Shown here one piece after another: positions 38,900-51,562 of a DNA stretch of 64,000 bases (positions are counted from its first letter, which is position 1; each line of letters opens with the position of its first letter). The notes beneath the pieces were generated by a model. That model did no database searches and was not told the origin of the DNA. It saw only the letters and a list, made by a program, of their open reading frames with translations. This DNA is from Octopus vulgaris (Eukaryota). Position numbers and translations under genes: made by a program. The stretch spans positions 109,182,001-109,246,000 of the forward strand of contig OX597814.1 of the NCBI GenBank assembly GCA_951406725.2, written 5' to 3'.

Positions 38900-41834
38900 A
38901 TCCTAGGCACCACGCAGTGGCTGTCTGCTCCCTCAGTTCTGGGCATTTGCGTAACTCTCGATGCCAAAGTTCAGGACACTTCCCTCCAGGATCTTCCAGA
39001 TGTATATTATGGCATATCTTTCCCGCCTACGCTCCAGGGAATATAATTTTAATCTCTTGAGTCTTTCCCAGTAGCTTACATTCTGCATAGAGGCTATCTT
39101 CTATGTGTAGCTTCGTTGGATCGCCTCAAGTTCTGTGATCAACTTGACACTGGATGGTGACCATAGCTGAGAGCAATAGTCAAAGTGGCTTAGGACAAGA
39201 GTCTTCCAGAGGACCATCATGGTTTCTTGTTCTCTTGTTCTAAAGGTTCTAAGAATCCATCCAGCCAGCCGTCTACATTTCATTGTCAGTTTAGCAACAT
39301 GTACATGAAAGGTCGCGTCATCACTCATGTGAATACCCAGGTCACGCACTGATTGTGCCTCTGGGATTGCAATCCCTCCGGGTCCAGTGTATTCATTGGG
39401 TATTGCATTCAGTTTTGCATGCTGATAGTATAAAGCTTGAAACTTTCCAGCATTGAACTGCATGCTATTCTTTTCAGCCCACTTGTATATTTCGTCCAGC
39501 TCACATTGCAGGTGTTTAGTGTCCTCAGGGTTCTGTATTGCCTGTGAAACTTTTGTATCATCTGCATAACTTGTGATCGTGGCTCTCTGCGTGGCTGAGG
39601 GCATGTCTGAGAGGGCCATTATGAACAGTAGTGGTCCCAGAACAGTGCCCTGCGGAACACCGCTCACTATTTGTGTGTTAATGGAGGTGGCCCCATTGGC
39701 TACTACCACCTGACTTCTATCCTTCAGAAAGTCATGAAGCCATTCTCCCAGTTTTCCAACTATGTTGAGATCACGCAGTTTGTGACATATCATTCCATGA
39801 TCGACTTTATCAAAGGCCTTTGCAAAGTCGAGATATATCACTTCCACATTTGAGTGGTTGAGCAGCCGTTTCAGCACCCAGTCATAGTGTTGTAGGAGCT
39901 GAGTTAAACAGCTTCTCCCTGGTCGGAAACCATGTTGGGTGTCGGGCAGCAAGTCATTCTCTTCAAGGAAGGTGATCAGCTTCCTTCTGACTATTCGTTC
40001 CATGACCTTGCTGATGTGTGAGGTCAGAGAGATAGGTCTATAGTTCTTGGCTTCCGCTCTGCTACCTCCTTTATGAATGGGGTATATTTTACCTTCCTTC
40101 AGTTTTCCTGGAAGTTTGCCAGCTGCAAGGAAGCTCTGAAAGAGGAACTGCAGTGGTCTTGCTAGGACTCTCTTACATGCTTTTAGGAGGATTGCCGGGA
40201 ATCCATCGGGGCCAGTAGCTGAGTCTGTTTTCATTTCATCTATAGCCTTGGTTACATCGTCTTCCTTTATATCGATGTAATCTATCGTCGCCGCCTCTGA
40301 TTTTATATCTGCAGTGGTAAAAAAGTCAGTTGGATTGGTGATTTGGAGATGCCCAAGGGGTGGAGTGAAAACACTCTTGAATTGCTCATTCAGTATTTCA
40401 CTTACCCTCATTGGTTTTCCTGTAAGTGTGCCATCCTTTTCGAGGAGTGGCCCTATTCTACAGTGCACTGTAGCTGTTTCTTTGGCATACCTGTAGAAAG
40501 CTCTGGGGTTAGATTTTATGTTTTCTATAGCCCAGGCTTCTTTGTCTGCTCTTTCTTTTTCATGGGAGAGTTGCAGACATTTTTCGATTTCCAACAGTTT
40601 TATTTTTAGGCGGGACTTTTCACTGCTTTCAATCTGTTTGTTTAGGCGATTTGAAAATGTCGTACGCCGTCTCATTAAAATTTTCCTCTCTCTGGGGATT
40701 TTGTTCTTGTGTACAGTGGCCTTTCTCTCTGGGACACATTTGTAGCATGTGGCTTGCATTACAGACATGAATTGTTGAAGTTTCACGTCGATGTCTGGCG
40801 AGGAGAGACATTTAGGCCAGTTTTGTTTGAGGATCTCTTTCTCAATTTGTTTCCAGTTTGCCTTATGGTAGTTCAAGCTGGAAAGATTTTGAGGGTTTCT
40901 TGTAGGCTGCATGTCCGTGCTCTCTTTTGGCCCGTACATGGTCAGCTCTATCATGTTGTGATCCGAGAGTAGTGTCGGTGTCACTTTCACATTATGGATG
41001 AGATCCATGTCATTTGTGAAGCAGAGATCCAGTGTGTTACCTGCCCTGGTTGGTTGGAGTATTACCTGCTCCATGTACAGGGTGTTGATGAGGTTCAGGA
41101 GGGACCTCGCCTGTCCTCGTTCACATCTTGTCATTCCTGGGAGAGAAAGGCCCTCGGGCCATCTGACATTGGGCAGATTGAAGTCTCCCATAAGAAGCAC
41201 ACCTATGTGTTGTTCTAATGTGGTTAGAATTTCTTCTATTTTTATAAGGCAGTCTTCAAACTTGCCCACATGGCTTGGGGCATCTGGAGGGCGATATGTA
41301 GCACACACAACTACATCAAGTTGCCTGATATGTACAATTAGTGTGTCACACACCGAGTTTGAGTATGACAAGAGGACCTGGGGTGTGAGGTCCTCACGGA
41401 TGTACATAGCAACACCTCCATGACTCCTTTCTTTCCTGTCGGTCCGTAGTACAGCATACTGTGGTATGTGTAACTCCGCATCTGCTATGTCCGGTTTCAG
41501 GTGCGTTTCTGTAAGTGCTATGCATAAGGCTTCATTGCATGCAACAAAGTCTCTCAGGAACGGGATCTTTGTCCTGTTACTGAGTGTTTGCAGTCCTCTG
41601 ATGTTCAGTAGGAGTATCGAGGTGAGGTGTACATTGTTGCCGGCGGTGTCCATCCTGTGTCTGTTTGCTGTGGTGGTCTGGTATATAGTGGGTAGTCCCA
41701 CCTGCGGGCTTGGGTTTGATGAAGCCATGTCAGCTGCTGTACAATCTTTTGTGCCATGCACAAAAAAGATTGTTGCTCAGCAGCTGCTCTTTCGACAACA
41801 TCATGTTGGCTGTTTGTGGCGAGCACAACATCTG
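38900..41834 (-). mobile_element. CR1-group LINE family A, copy 2: ORF1 end plus 886-aa ORF2 with a premature stop; 3' end missing
   Basis: ORF 39101..41761, nearly identical to copy 1; runs into the gap. Confidence 0.93.
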
Positions 41835-41934
41835 NNNNNNNNNNNNNNNNNNNNNNNNNNNNNNNNNNNNNNNNNNNNNNNNNNNNNNNNNNNNNNNNNN
41901 NNNNNNNNNNNNNNNNNNNNNNNNNNNNNNNNNN
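41835..41934. other. Assembly gap (100 N)
   Basis: Direct reading. Confidence 1.
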
Positions 41935-44900
41935 AACAGTGCAACCACACCTCCAGCCAAAAACTGCTCCCTAAGCAGGAAAATTCTTTTTTAGCCATGT
42001 TGAACATGGCAAAAGAGATACACAAAAACATTCTAGCCATCACTCAACACCATCCTATGCTATTACCCCAGTGCACCAATTCCCCACATTGCTGCCACTA
42101 ACACACACAAAAAATCCAAGCCCCCTGCAACAGTCAAAACCAGCCACTACACTAACCTCCACATTCCTACTCAATGCACAAGGTGTCAGCCCTTCCATCA
42201 ATGCACAAAAATGGAAGGTCCAATTCATTGAAGACTGGGTTGGTAACCATTCACACCACATCCCTTTCTTCATTCTCACTGAGACCCACCTTGACAACTC
42301 CCACTTGGAAGCCGAAGTGAGAGTGAAGAATTTCACAACCATCCGCGCGGATCGTATCGGCAGGAGGAAGGGTGGAACTGCCATTTTCCTGCATGATTCA
42401 TTTACGGCAGATGGAAATAGTATATTCTCCAACGGCTACTGTGAATCAGTCACCGTGCACAACAAAGCCAATGACCTGACAGTAATTGGGCTCTATAGGC
42501 CGCCCCAAACACCCATACTGTGCTTTAAAGAATGCCTCAACAGCATTAAGTGCTTTATTCAACAGTGCCATTCTAGCAACATACTCATGATGGGAGACTT
42601 CAATCTACCCTGTGTTGACTGGACTACAAACTGTTTGAAACCAAGCACTCCCGCCTCAACCGCTGACAAAGAAGCAGCAGAGTCACTTTTCGACTTTACG
42701 AATGAGTTTTTCTTGTCCCAACTTGTCCTTGCACCAACAAGACATCAGAACATTTTGGACCTAGTGTTTAGTAACCACACTAACACTATACATAACGTTA
42801 CAGTGGAAAAAACCCTTCTTTCAGACCATGACATGGTTCTCTGTAACATGAAATTCCACCAGCCGAAAGCTAATCCTAGTGACCTTCCTCCAGCCCACCC
42901 ATTTGACAACATGGATCTCCATAATGCCAACTGGGATGCAATCAGGAACGAGCTATCACATGTTGACTGGTCCTTTACACATACACACATCTCCACCAAC
43001 CATAAAACATCTTGGCAGATCTTTGTAGACACCGTCACAGACATATGTGCAAAACACTCCCCACCAAGACCTGTGAACAAAAAGTGCAGAATCCCCCAAA
43101 ACAGAAAAACCATTATCAGAAAAATAAAAAGAACAAACAAAAAAATTAACAAACTAAAGTACTGCCAACAGCAACACACACATTCGACGGCTATCGCACT
43201 GCTTGAATCCAAAAAAATATAACCTCCAACAATGCATGAAGACCCTCATCAATAACCAAAGATCAGCTGAGGAGAAGTGGGCCATTGAAAAAATCAAACT
43301 CAACCCCAAAGTGTTCTTTTCATTTGCGAGGAAACGCAGGGTCACTGTCTCCACTGTAGGCCCTCTAATTGACGAAACTGGCACTCTCCAAGATAATGCC
43401 AAATCCATGGCCGAGATACTGCAGAAACAATACTGCTCTGTTTTCAGCAATCCTGATATGGCCGATCTGGGCTGTATCAGTGATGTCAACCCCCAACACA
43501 CTATATCGGACATAACGTTTAGTGCCCCTGATGTCTTAGCGGCGATAAACGAAATAAAACACAATTCAGCAGTAGGCCCCGATAGGTTCCCTGCTTGTGT
43601 CCTGAAGGTGTGTCGACACCAACTTGCATCTCCCCTTGCTAATCTGTGGAGAAACTCACTGGATGCTGGCTATATTCCAAAAAACCTTCTGTCCCAGTCT
43701 GTTGTCCCAGTTTTCAAAAAGGGAAACAAGTCCCTTGCAGTGAATTACCGTCCGATCTCACTCACCTCTCATATCATCAAGGTATTTGAGAGGGTGGTGA
43801 GATCTCGAATAACCCAATTTCTGGAAAGCAACAGACGGCTGATCTCCAACCAACATGGGTTCCGTAATGGAAGGGACTGCCTAACGCAGCTCCTGCATCA
43901 CTTTGAGGACATTTTGAGAGCTTTGGGAGAGGGCTCCAACACCGATGTCATCTACCTTGATTTCAGTAAGGCCTTCGACAGGGTCGATCACAAGATCCTA
44001 TTGAAAAAACTATCCAACATTGGTGTCTCTGGAAAGTTACTGAAATGGATTAAGTGTTTCCTGACAGACAGATCTCAACATGTTGTAGTTGAAGGGGTAA
44101 AATCAAGCCCAGCCAAAGTCAGTAGTGGCGTTCCGCAAGGCACTGTGCTGGGCCCACTTCTTTTCATCATTTACATTAATGACATTAATGACATCATCAA
44201 GCACAGCAACATAAAAATCTTTGCAGATGACTCCAAGCTACAGAAGGTCATAAATGAGGCGAGTGACCGGACATGCCTTCAGTCAGATCTACTGGCTGTT
44301 ATCCAATGGGCAGAAAAAAACAATATGCTGCTGAACGAGGATAAATTTGAGCTAATCCACTTTGGAAAAGAGGATGCCCTGAAACTCCCATACTCCCTTC
44401 CTTCAGGTGAAACTCTCACGGCGTCCAACAACATCAGAGACTTGGGAGTAATTGTGGACAACAACGTAAGCTGGGCCACTCATATAAACACCAAAGTTGA
44501 CATGGCCCGCAGAATGTGTTCCTGGATTCTCAGAACTTTCCAGTCGAGAGATATCCACACCATTATCCTTCTCTTCTCCACTTTTGCCCGACCCCACCTT
44601 GAATACTGTTGTCCACTGTGGTCTCCCCACACAATACAAGGTATCATAAAAGTTGAAGCACCTCAAAGGGCAATCACAAAAAAGATAGATGGCATGACAG
44701 GCCTCGACTATTGGGGTCGACTAGAAAAGCTAAAACTCTATTCTCTCCAACGTCGTCGTGAGCGCTACATCATCTGCATGATGTGGAAAATATTCCATCA
44801 GCATTGCCCAAATGATGTTGGCATCACCTTTAAGGTACATCCAAGGCTTGGGCCCCGTGCCATCCGCCCAAAACAAAAATCGCACTCTCATCTCATAACA

Positions 44901-45196
44901 ACAATACGGCACAATTATTTCACCTCAATTGGCCCCGCTCTCTTTAACATTACACCAAAACACATTAAAACAGAAACTGACCCTATAGGGTTCAAGAAGT
45001 CTTTGGACAGATTCCTTCAAGAAATCCCGGATAAACCCCCTACACCCGGATATGTCTCTGTAAACAATAACTCTCTACTTGAGTGGGCCATAGTGCCCAA
45101 ATTCTGACTTGAAAGACTTCACCAGGTGGTGCTATTAAGTTAGACATGGCCTGGGCCAATAATGGCCGAAACCTATCAAAGTATCAAAGTAAGTAC
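41935..45196 (+). mobile_element. CR1-group LINE family B: ORF1 end, ORF2 (APE plus RT, one frameshift at the poly-A near 43211), short 3'UTR, TATCAAAG repeat tail
   Basis: ORFs 42071..43222 and 43203..45107 with TETHL, GDFN, SDHD, GVPQGTVLGP, FADD and LQRRRERY motifs. Confidence 0.95.
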
Positions 45197-45316
45197 ATAC
45201 ATATATATATATATATACATACATATATATATATACATACCTATATATATATACATACCTATATATATATACATACCTATATATATATACATACCTATAT
45301 ATATATATATACATAC

Positions 45317-45349
<33 letters not shown>

Positions 45350-45635
45350 CATACATACATATATATATACATACATATATATATATATATACATACATAT
45401 ATATATATACATACATATATATATATACATACATATATATATATGTATACATACATATATATATATATGTATACATACATATATATATATATATACATAC
45501 ATATATATATACATACATACATATATATATACATACATATATATATACATACATACATATATATATACATACATATATATATACATACATACATATATAT
45601 ATATATATACATACATATATATATACATACATATA

Positions 45636-45690
<55 letters not shown>

Positions 45691-45830
45691 ACATACATAT
45701 ATATATATACATACATATATATATATACATACATATACATACATATATATACATATATATATACATACATATATATATACATACATATATACATACATAT
45801 ATATATACATACATATATATATATATACAT

Positions 45831-45892
<62 letters not shown>

Positions 45893-46374
45893 ATACATAC
45901 ACATATACTCTTTTACTCTTTTACTTGTTTCAGTCATTTGACTGCGGCCATGCTGGAGCACCGCCTTTAGTCGAGCAAATCGACCCCAGGACTTATTCTT
46001 TGTAAGCCCAGTACTTATTCTATCGGTCTCTTTTGCCAAACCGCTAAGTGACGGGGACGTAAACACACCAGCATCGGTTGTCAAGCAATGCTAGAGGGAC
46101 AAACACAGACACACAAACATACACATACATATATATACATATACATATATACGATAGGCTTCTTTCAGTTTCCATCTACCAAATCCACTCACAAGGCATT
46201 ATTATACAGTTTGGTGGTACTGGCAATGGCCACGCCCAAATGGTGCTTTTTATGTGCTACCTGCACAGGAGCCAATCCAGCAGCAATGGCAACAACCTCG
46301 CTCAAATGTTTCACGTGCCACCAGCACAGGTGCTAGTAAGGCATGTTTCCACAAATCACATGAATTTAACATGA

Positions 46375-47517
46375 GAGTCAGTATCCTTGGGATTCATACA
46401 GCATAGACTGTATTATCCGTGGGCTTCCGGTTAATCAACATCCTTGATTCGTTTCATCAGGCAATACTGCACTATTGGATGAATCACAGAAGGGTGTTTA
46501 TCCCTTCTTGCCAGTATGAAGGCCAATCTAGCTATGTGAGTATTTCTATATGGACTTGGTCGGGGGAGGTAGGTGATGAGAATAAAGGAAGGAATGGTAG
46601 AAATAAGGGGATGGAGGTGGGTGTGGTGGTGTTAGATTTATTTGCTATTCATGCAGCAGATTTAAGGATGGTAGTACATTTCTTGGTTCTATTTCATTTA
46701 AAACGTGACTCAATAAATTTTGAACCCAACATGCGGTCAGCTAAACAGTGGTGTTTGTTGACCAAATTGATTTAATACCACCCCTCTTATGGTGACCTTT
46801 TCCCTGTTTCTGTTGTTATAGTGTTATCATCTGAAATATTGGTATTTTCGTTTATTTGCCTGTGTTCCTTCGCTATTCTATAATTTGTTATTTGTTTACA
46901 AAATATTTTTTTCAAGTTCCATGAATGATATTTTGTTCCTATGCCTACACGATATGACCATCTCAGAGTGTCTATTCATCACATTTTCCCTGGGTGTGAT
47001 TATTTCCAGGGTTTCTTCAAGGCATATGTTGCATACCCATGAAGTTCCGTTATATGATGCAGCATTTTTTTTATAACTGACTAGTGGCTTCTGTATTCTA
47101 CTCCATTCTGTTTTAGCTTCCAAACAACGTTCAACAGAGATGTGGAATGTCTTTTATTTATATTGAAAAACGATGAGAGATGGTTTCTCAGGCAATTTTT
47201 CATGGTGTCTGACTCACTACTTAGTATCATTAGACATTAGCCGGCATAATGAAATATATATACATATTAGAGGGAAACCACTAAGTGGACACCCTTAAGC
47301 TAGAAATAGATCCGCTATGGTCGTACCACTAAGAAATGTTCTCAAGTTGTAGGACCATAGCGGATCTATTTCTAGCATAAGGGTGTCCACATAGTGGTTT
47401 CCCTCTAATATGTATATAATACAATTTTACTGAACCTTCAGTTTTTTTATATGCTAGACCACTGGTGTGAAATCGATGTTAATCAAATTATTATCTAATT
47501 TCTCACTCTCATTTTAA

Positions 47518-47522
<5 letters not shown>
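46375..47522 (-). mobile_element. Decayed Penelope-like fragment with a terminal fold-back
   Basis: ORF 46896..47123 (Y..TSWVCNICLEE.L.I...NR.SE....CRH.NK) is a PLE GIY-YIG C-terminus; inverted repeat at 47256-47418; the end is shared with 9503-9612. Confidence 0.7.
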
Positions 47523-47574
<52 letters not shown>

Positions 47575-47833
47575 ATTGTGTGTGAGTATGTGTATATGTA
47601 TGTGTTTCCTTGTCTTGATATCACATGACATTTGTGAGTATCACCACCATACAAGTAGTGTCCTTTCTTTCCAACCTTCCATGAAAACATGTCTGGCCAT
47701 GAAGAAATATTACCTTTCTTAGAAAAAGGTGAGGGTTAGTGACAGGAAGAGCATTCGCCTGTAGAAAATCTTCCTTAGTGAATTCCTTCTAACCTGTGCA
47801 AGCAGGGGAAAAATGGACGTTGAAATGATGACA

Positions 47834-47865
<32 letters not shown>

Positions 47866-47944
47866 CAGAGAGAAAGGGTGCTTATATAATTGAAATGAAA
47901 TAAGTTATTAAAAAACAAACAGAAACAAATAAAAAAAAACTTAC

Positions 47945-48079
47945 TGATTCAGGAACTACAATGGGAGTCTGTGGAGGTATTTCATCTTCAATTTTGACCA
48001 TATTTATGGTGCAGAAATTACAACCAACAAGTCCAGTGTTGGTCAGTGTAATGGTAGCTTCAGCCACTTGATCATATTT
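47945..48079 (-). CDS. HYDIN: HYDIN exon, KYDQVAEATITLTNTGLVGCNF...PIVVPES
   Basis: CAG/GTAAGT sites; 135 nt, phase 0/0; ITLTN.G.VG.F ASH-repeat motif. Confidence 0.92.
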
Positions 48080-49651
48080 CTGATATGAATTGATATAGAT
48101 TGATATAAACAAACTTTACTCTCTTTTCATATTAAATATCATATTTGACAGCTTATAAGATGCACTTTTTCCCTCACCAAAAAATGACTAAATAGATTCA
48201 CCCTGGGGCCTATATGTGAGGTTAGACCTATATTACTCATAAAAAAAAAAACGACTTATTTCCCTGGATATCCACTACTGAAATTGGAGTGCATCTGATA
48301 CGTCCATGCGTCTTTTATGGTTCCAAATATGGTAAAAGTAAATTTATGTGAAAACAGATGGCTTTGTGGTTAGCACATTCAGTCCACGATCCTAACATCA
48401 TCAGTTTGATACTTAGCAGTGTGTTGTGTCCTTGAGCAAGACACTTTATTTCATGTTTCTCCAGTCTGCCCTGTAACTGTAATTCAAAGGGACCAGTTTT
48501 GTCACATTCTGTGTCATATTGATCTCCTTGAGAACTATATTAAGGGTACACGCTCTGTGGAGAGCTCGGCCATTTGCAGGTTAACTTCGTGTGTGTGTGT
48601 TTGTCTTTCCCATCAACCACCACTTGACAAATTTTGGTTGGTTGACGTCCAAGTGACTTAGCAGGTCAGCAAAGAGACAGAGAGAATAAGTACCAGGCTT
48701 AGAAAGATAAAATAAGTTGGGGTCAATTCATTCAACTAAAAATAATTCAAGGTGGTGCCCCAGCATGGCCGCAATCTAATGACTGAGACTAGTAAAAGAT
48801 GAAAGAAAAAAGAAAAGATCAAGCTGATATAATGAAAACCAATGTTTTTGGAATCAGCATCCAAGACATACCCATGAAGAGACCAAACTTTCAGAACAGC
48901 AGAATTCTTTGTTTTTTTTTTTTTTTTTGTAGCTCAATCTGATGAATCAATGAACTAAACAGAACATTTAAGAAAAACCATTTATTATTACATTGGTTTC
49001 AAATTGTGGCACAAGGCCAGCAATTTCGGAGAAGTGGGTAAGTTGATTAAATCAACCCCAGTACTCAACTGGCGTTTATTTTATTGACCCAAAAAGGAGG
49101 AAAGGCAAAGTCGACCTCAGCAAAAATTTGAACTCAGAACGTAGCGACAGGTGCGCTAATGATTCTGTCAGCTTGCTGCCTTAATAGAACATTAATAATC
49201 TTTTCTATTCTAGGCACAAGGCCTGAAATTTGGGTGGAAGGGATAAGTCAATTAGATCAACCCCAGTATGCAACTGGCGCTTATTTTATTGACCCCAAAA
49301 AGAGGAAAGGCAAAGTTGTCTTCGGCAGAATTTGAACTCAGTATGTAGCAACGGGTGCACTAATGATTCTGCCAGCTTGCCGCCTTAATAGAATATTAAT
49401 AATCCTTTCTATTCTAGGCACCATGCCCGAAATTTTGGGGGAAGGGACAAGAAAACTAGATCAACCCCAGTATGCAACTTTATCAACCCCAAAAGAAGGA
49501 AAGGCAAAGTCTACCTTGGAAGAATTTGAACTCAGAACATAAAGACAGACAAAATGCCTCAAAGCATTTTACTCAGCATGCTCACAGCCTTACAATTATT
49601 ATTATAACATTGTTATATTATTATTATATGGTTTTAATGTTCCTTTCTTAC

Positions 49652-49861
49652 CTGTTCTCCATAATCGATTGACAAAACATCAAATTTGTAACTTAGGTAT
49701 GAAGCTTCTCCAGACAACTGGATGCAATATGTCGGACCCCCTTCAACAGTACACATGGCTGTCACGCGTGCCGTTGTGTTGGCATGTCCAAAGAATGTCA
49801 CTTTGACAAGTTCTGCTTGTCCTGGATGTAATACACCATTCATGGGAAGTAAATTGAAGGC
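49652..49861 (-). CDS. HYDIN: HYDIN exon, AFNLLPMNGVLHPGQAELVKVTFFGHANTTARVTAMCTVEGGPTY...DYGEQ
   Basis: CAG/GTAAGA sites; 210 nt, phase 0/0; close to HYDIN FDILP..GVL.P...TFYGHAN...CEVEEGPTY. Confidence 0.95.
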
Positions 49862-51562
49862 CTGCAATTAGAACAATTAACATCAATACAAAGTTATAGA
49901 AAAGAGCAAGCAAATAAGAAGCCTGCATTTAAATGTGACAACACAGGCAGGAGTATAACCATTATCATCATCATCATCGTCATTTAATGCCTGTTTTCTG
50001 TGCTGGTATGGGTTGGATGGTAAAGGCGGCGAGCTGGCAGAAACGTTAGCATGCCAGGCAAAATGCTTAGCAGTATTTCGTCTGCTGTTACATTCTGAGT
50101 TCAAATTCTGCTGAGGTCAACTTTGCCTTTCATCCTTTCGAGGTCGATTAAATATGTACCAGTTATGCACTGGTATCGATATAATCGACTTAATCCATTT
50201 GTCTGTCTTTGTTTGTCCCTTCAGTGTTTAGCCCCTTGTGGGTAGTAAAGAAATAGGTATGGGTTGGATGGTTTGACAGGAGCTGGCAAGCTAGAGAGCT
50301 ACACCAGGCTCTAGTTGTCTGTTCTGGCATGGTTTCTATGGCCAGATGCCCTTCCTAATGCCATCCACTTTTCAGAGTGTATAAGGTACGCAAAATGAGC
50401 ATGGGTGATTTTTACATCATGGTGCCAGCACAGATGCTTTCAGACAGTTGTCTTTCCTTGCCTGTCTTGCACTCAACACTTGTTTTTCATTATACTCACT
50501 CTCTCATCCATTCCACACCTCTCACTCCGCTATGTACTCTTGCAGCCTCCATCCATTCACACTCTTTCCCCCATTCACTTCTACTTACTTCATACCTCAA
50601 GACACCTCATCACTGCTATTTTTATCTCTTCTAAGCTCTCCACTGATCACCTCACTGCTTTCTCTTCTAAAATGTCAAGTAGACAACTGGTCCCTCTATA
50701 GTAAGAAACCTGATTTGTTCTGGCTCCTTCACTCATAATATAAGCCCTCAGATCCAAGCATAAATCTCCTGCTCTCAGGGTACAAGATGTACAGTAACTC
50801 CACTGGGGCTAGTGCTACATAAAATGCACGCAGTACACCATGTAAAGTGGTTGGCATTAGAAAGGGCCTCCAGTTGTAGAAACCACACCAAAGCCAACAA
50901 TGGAGGGCAATGCAATCTTGGGCCCTGCTGGGTCTGCCTGACTGGCTCCCATGCTGGTGGCACATAAAAAGCACTATCCAAACGTGATCGATGCCAGTAC
51001 CACCTGACTGGCTCCTGTGCCAGTGGCACGTAAACAACACCCACTATACTCTCGGAGTGGTTGGCATTCAGCTGTAGAAACATTGCCAGACTAGACTGGA
51101 GCCTGGTGCAACCGCTGGCTTTCCAGGCCTTAACCAAACCATCCAACCATTGCCAGCATGGAAAATGGACATTAAATGATGATGATGATGATGTTCAACC
51201 CATGCCAGCATGGGACAATGGATGTTAAATGATGATAATAACGACGATGTAATTTTACTGCTAATTACTTTTGTGTATCTGCAGCATTTAAATCCTACAT
51301 TCCCCATCAGCCATTAGATACTCCACCAAAGCTTTCTTACTGCTTACCAAACACAGCCATTTTTCAAATGTATACGCTTTTAAAATTAATATTCACTTCG
51401 TCCTTTTGTAGAAGCACCAAGAAATTTGTTAGAAATTAAATTATAATTATTGTATGCCATATTTTCTGATATTAGTTATGCCATCGTTGGTGGCAAAAGT
51501 ATATTTCCAGAGTCACCCACCATATGACGGCTAACACTCTAGAATATAAATGAAAGCAATAA

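Noticed and set aside
41466-42101. ORFs spanning the N run
   Set aside because: Artefacts of translating through the gap; the two sides belong to different LINEs.
46436-46496. Possible minus-strand hammerhead in the second PLE fragment
   Set aside because: The core has a deletion (CTG-TGA) and stem III is unconvincing; too degenerate to call.
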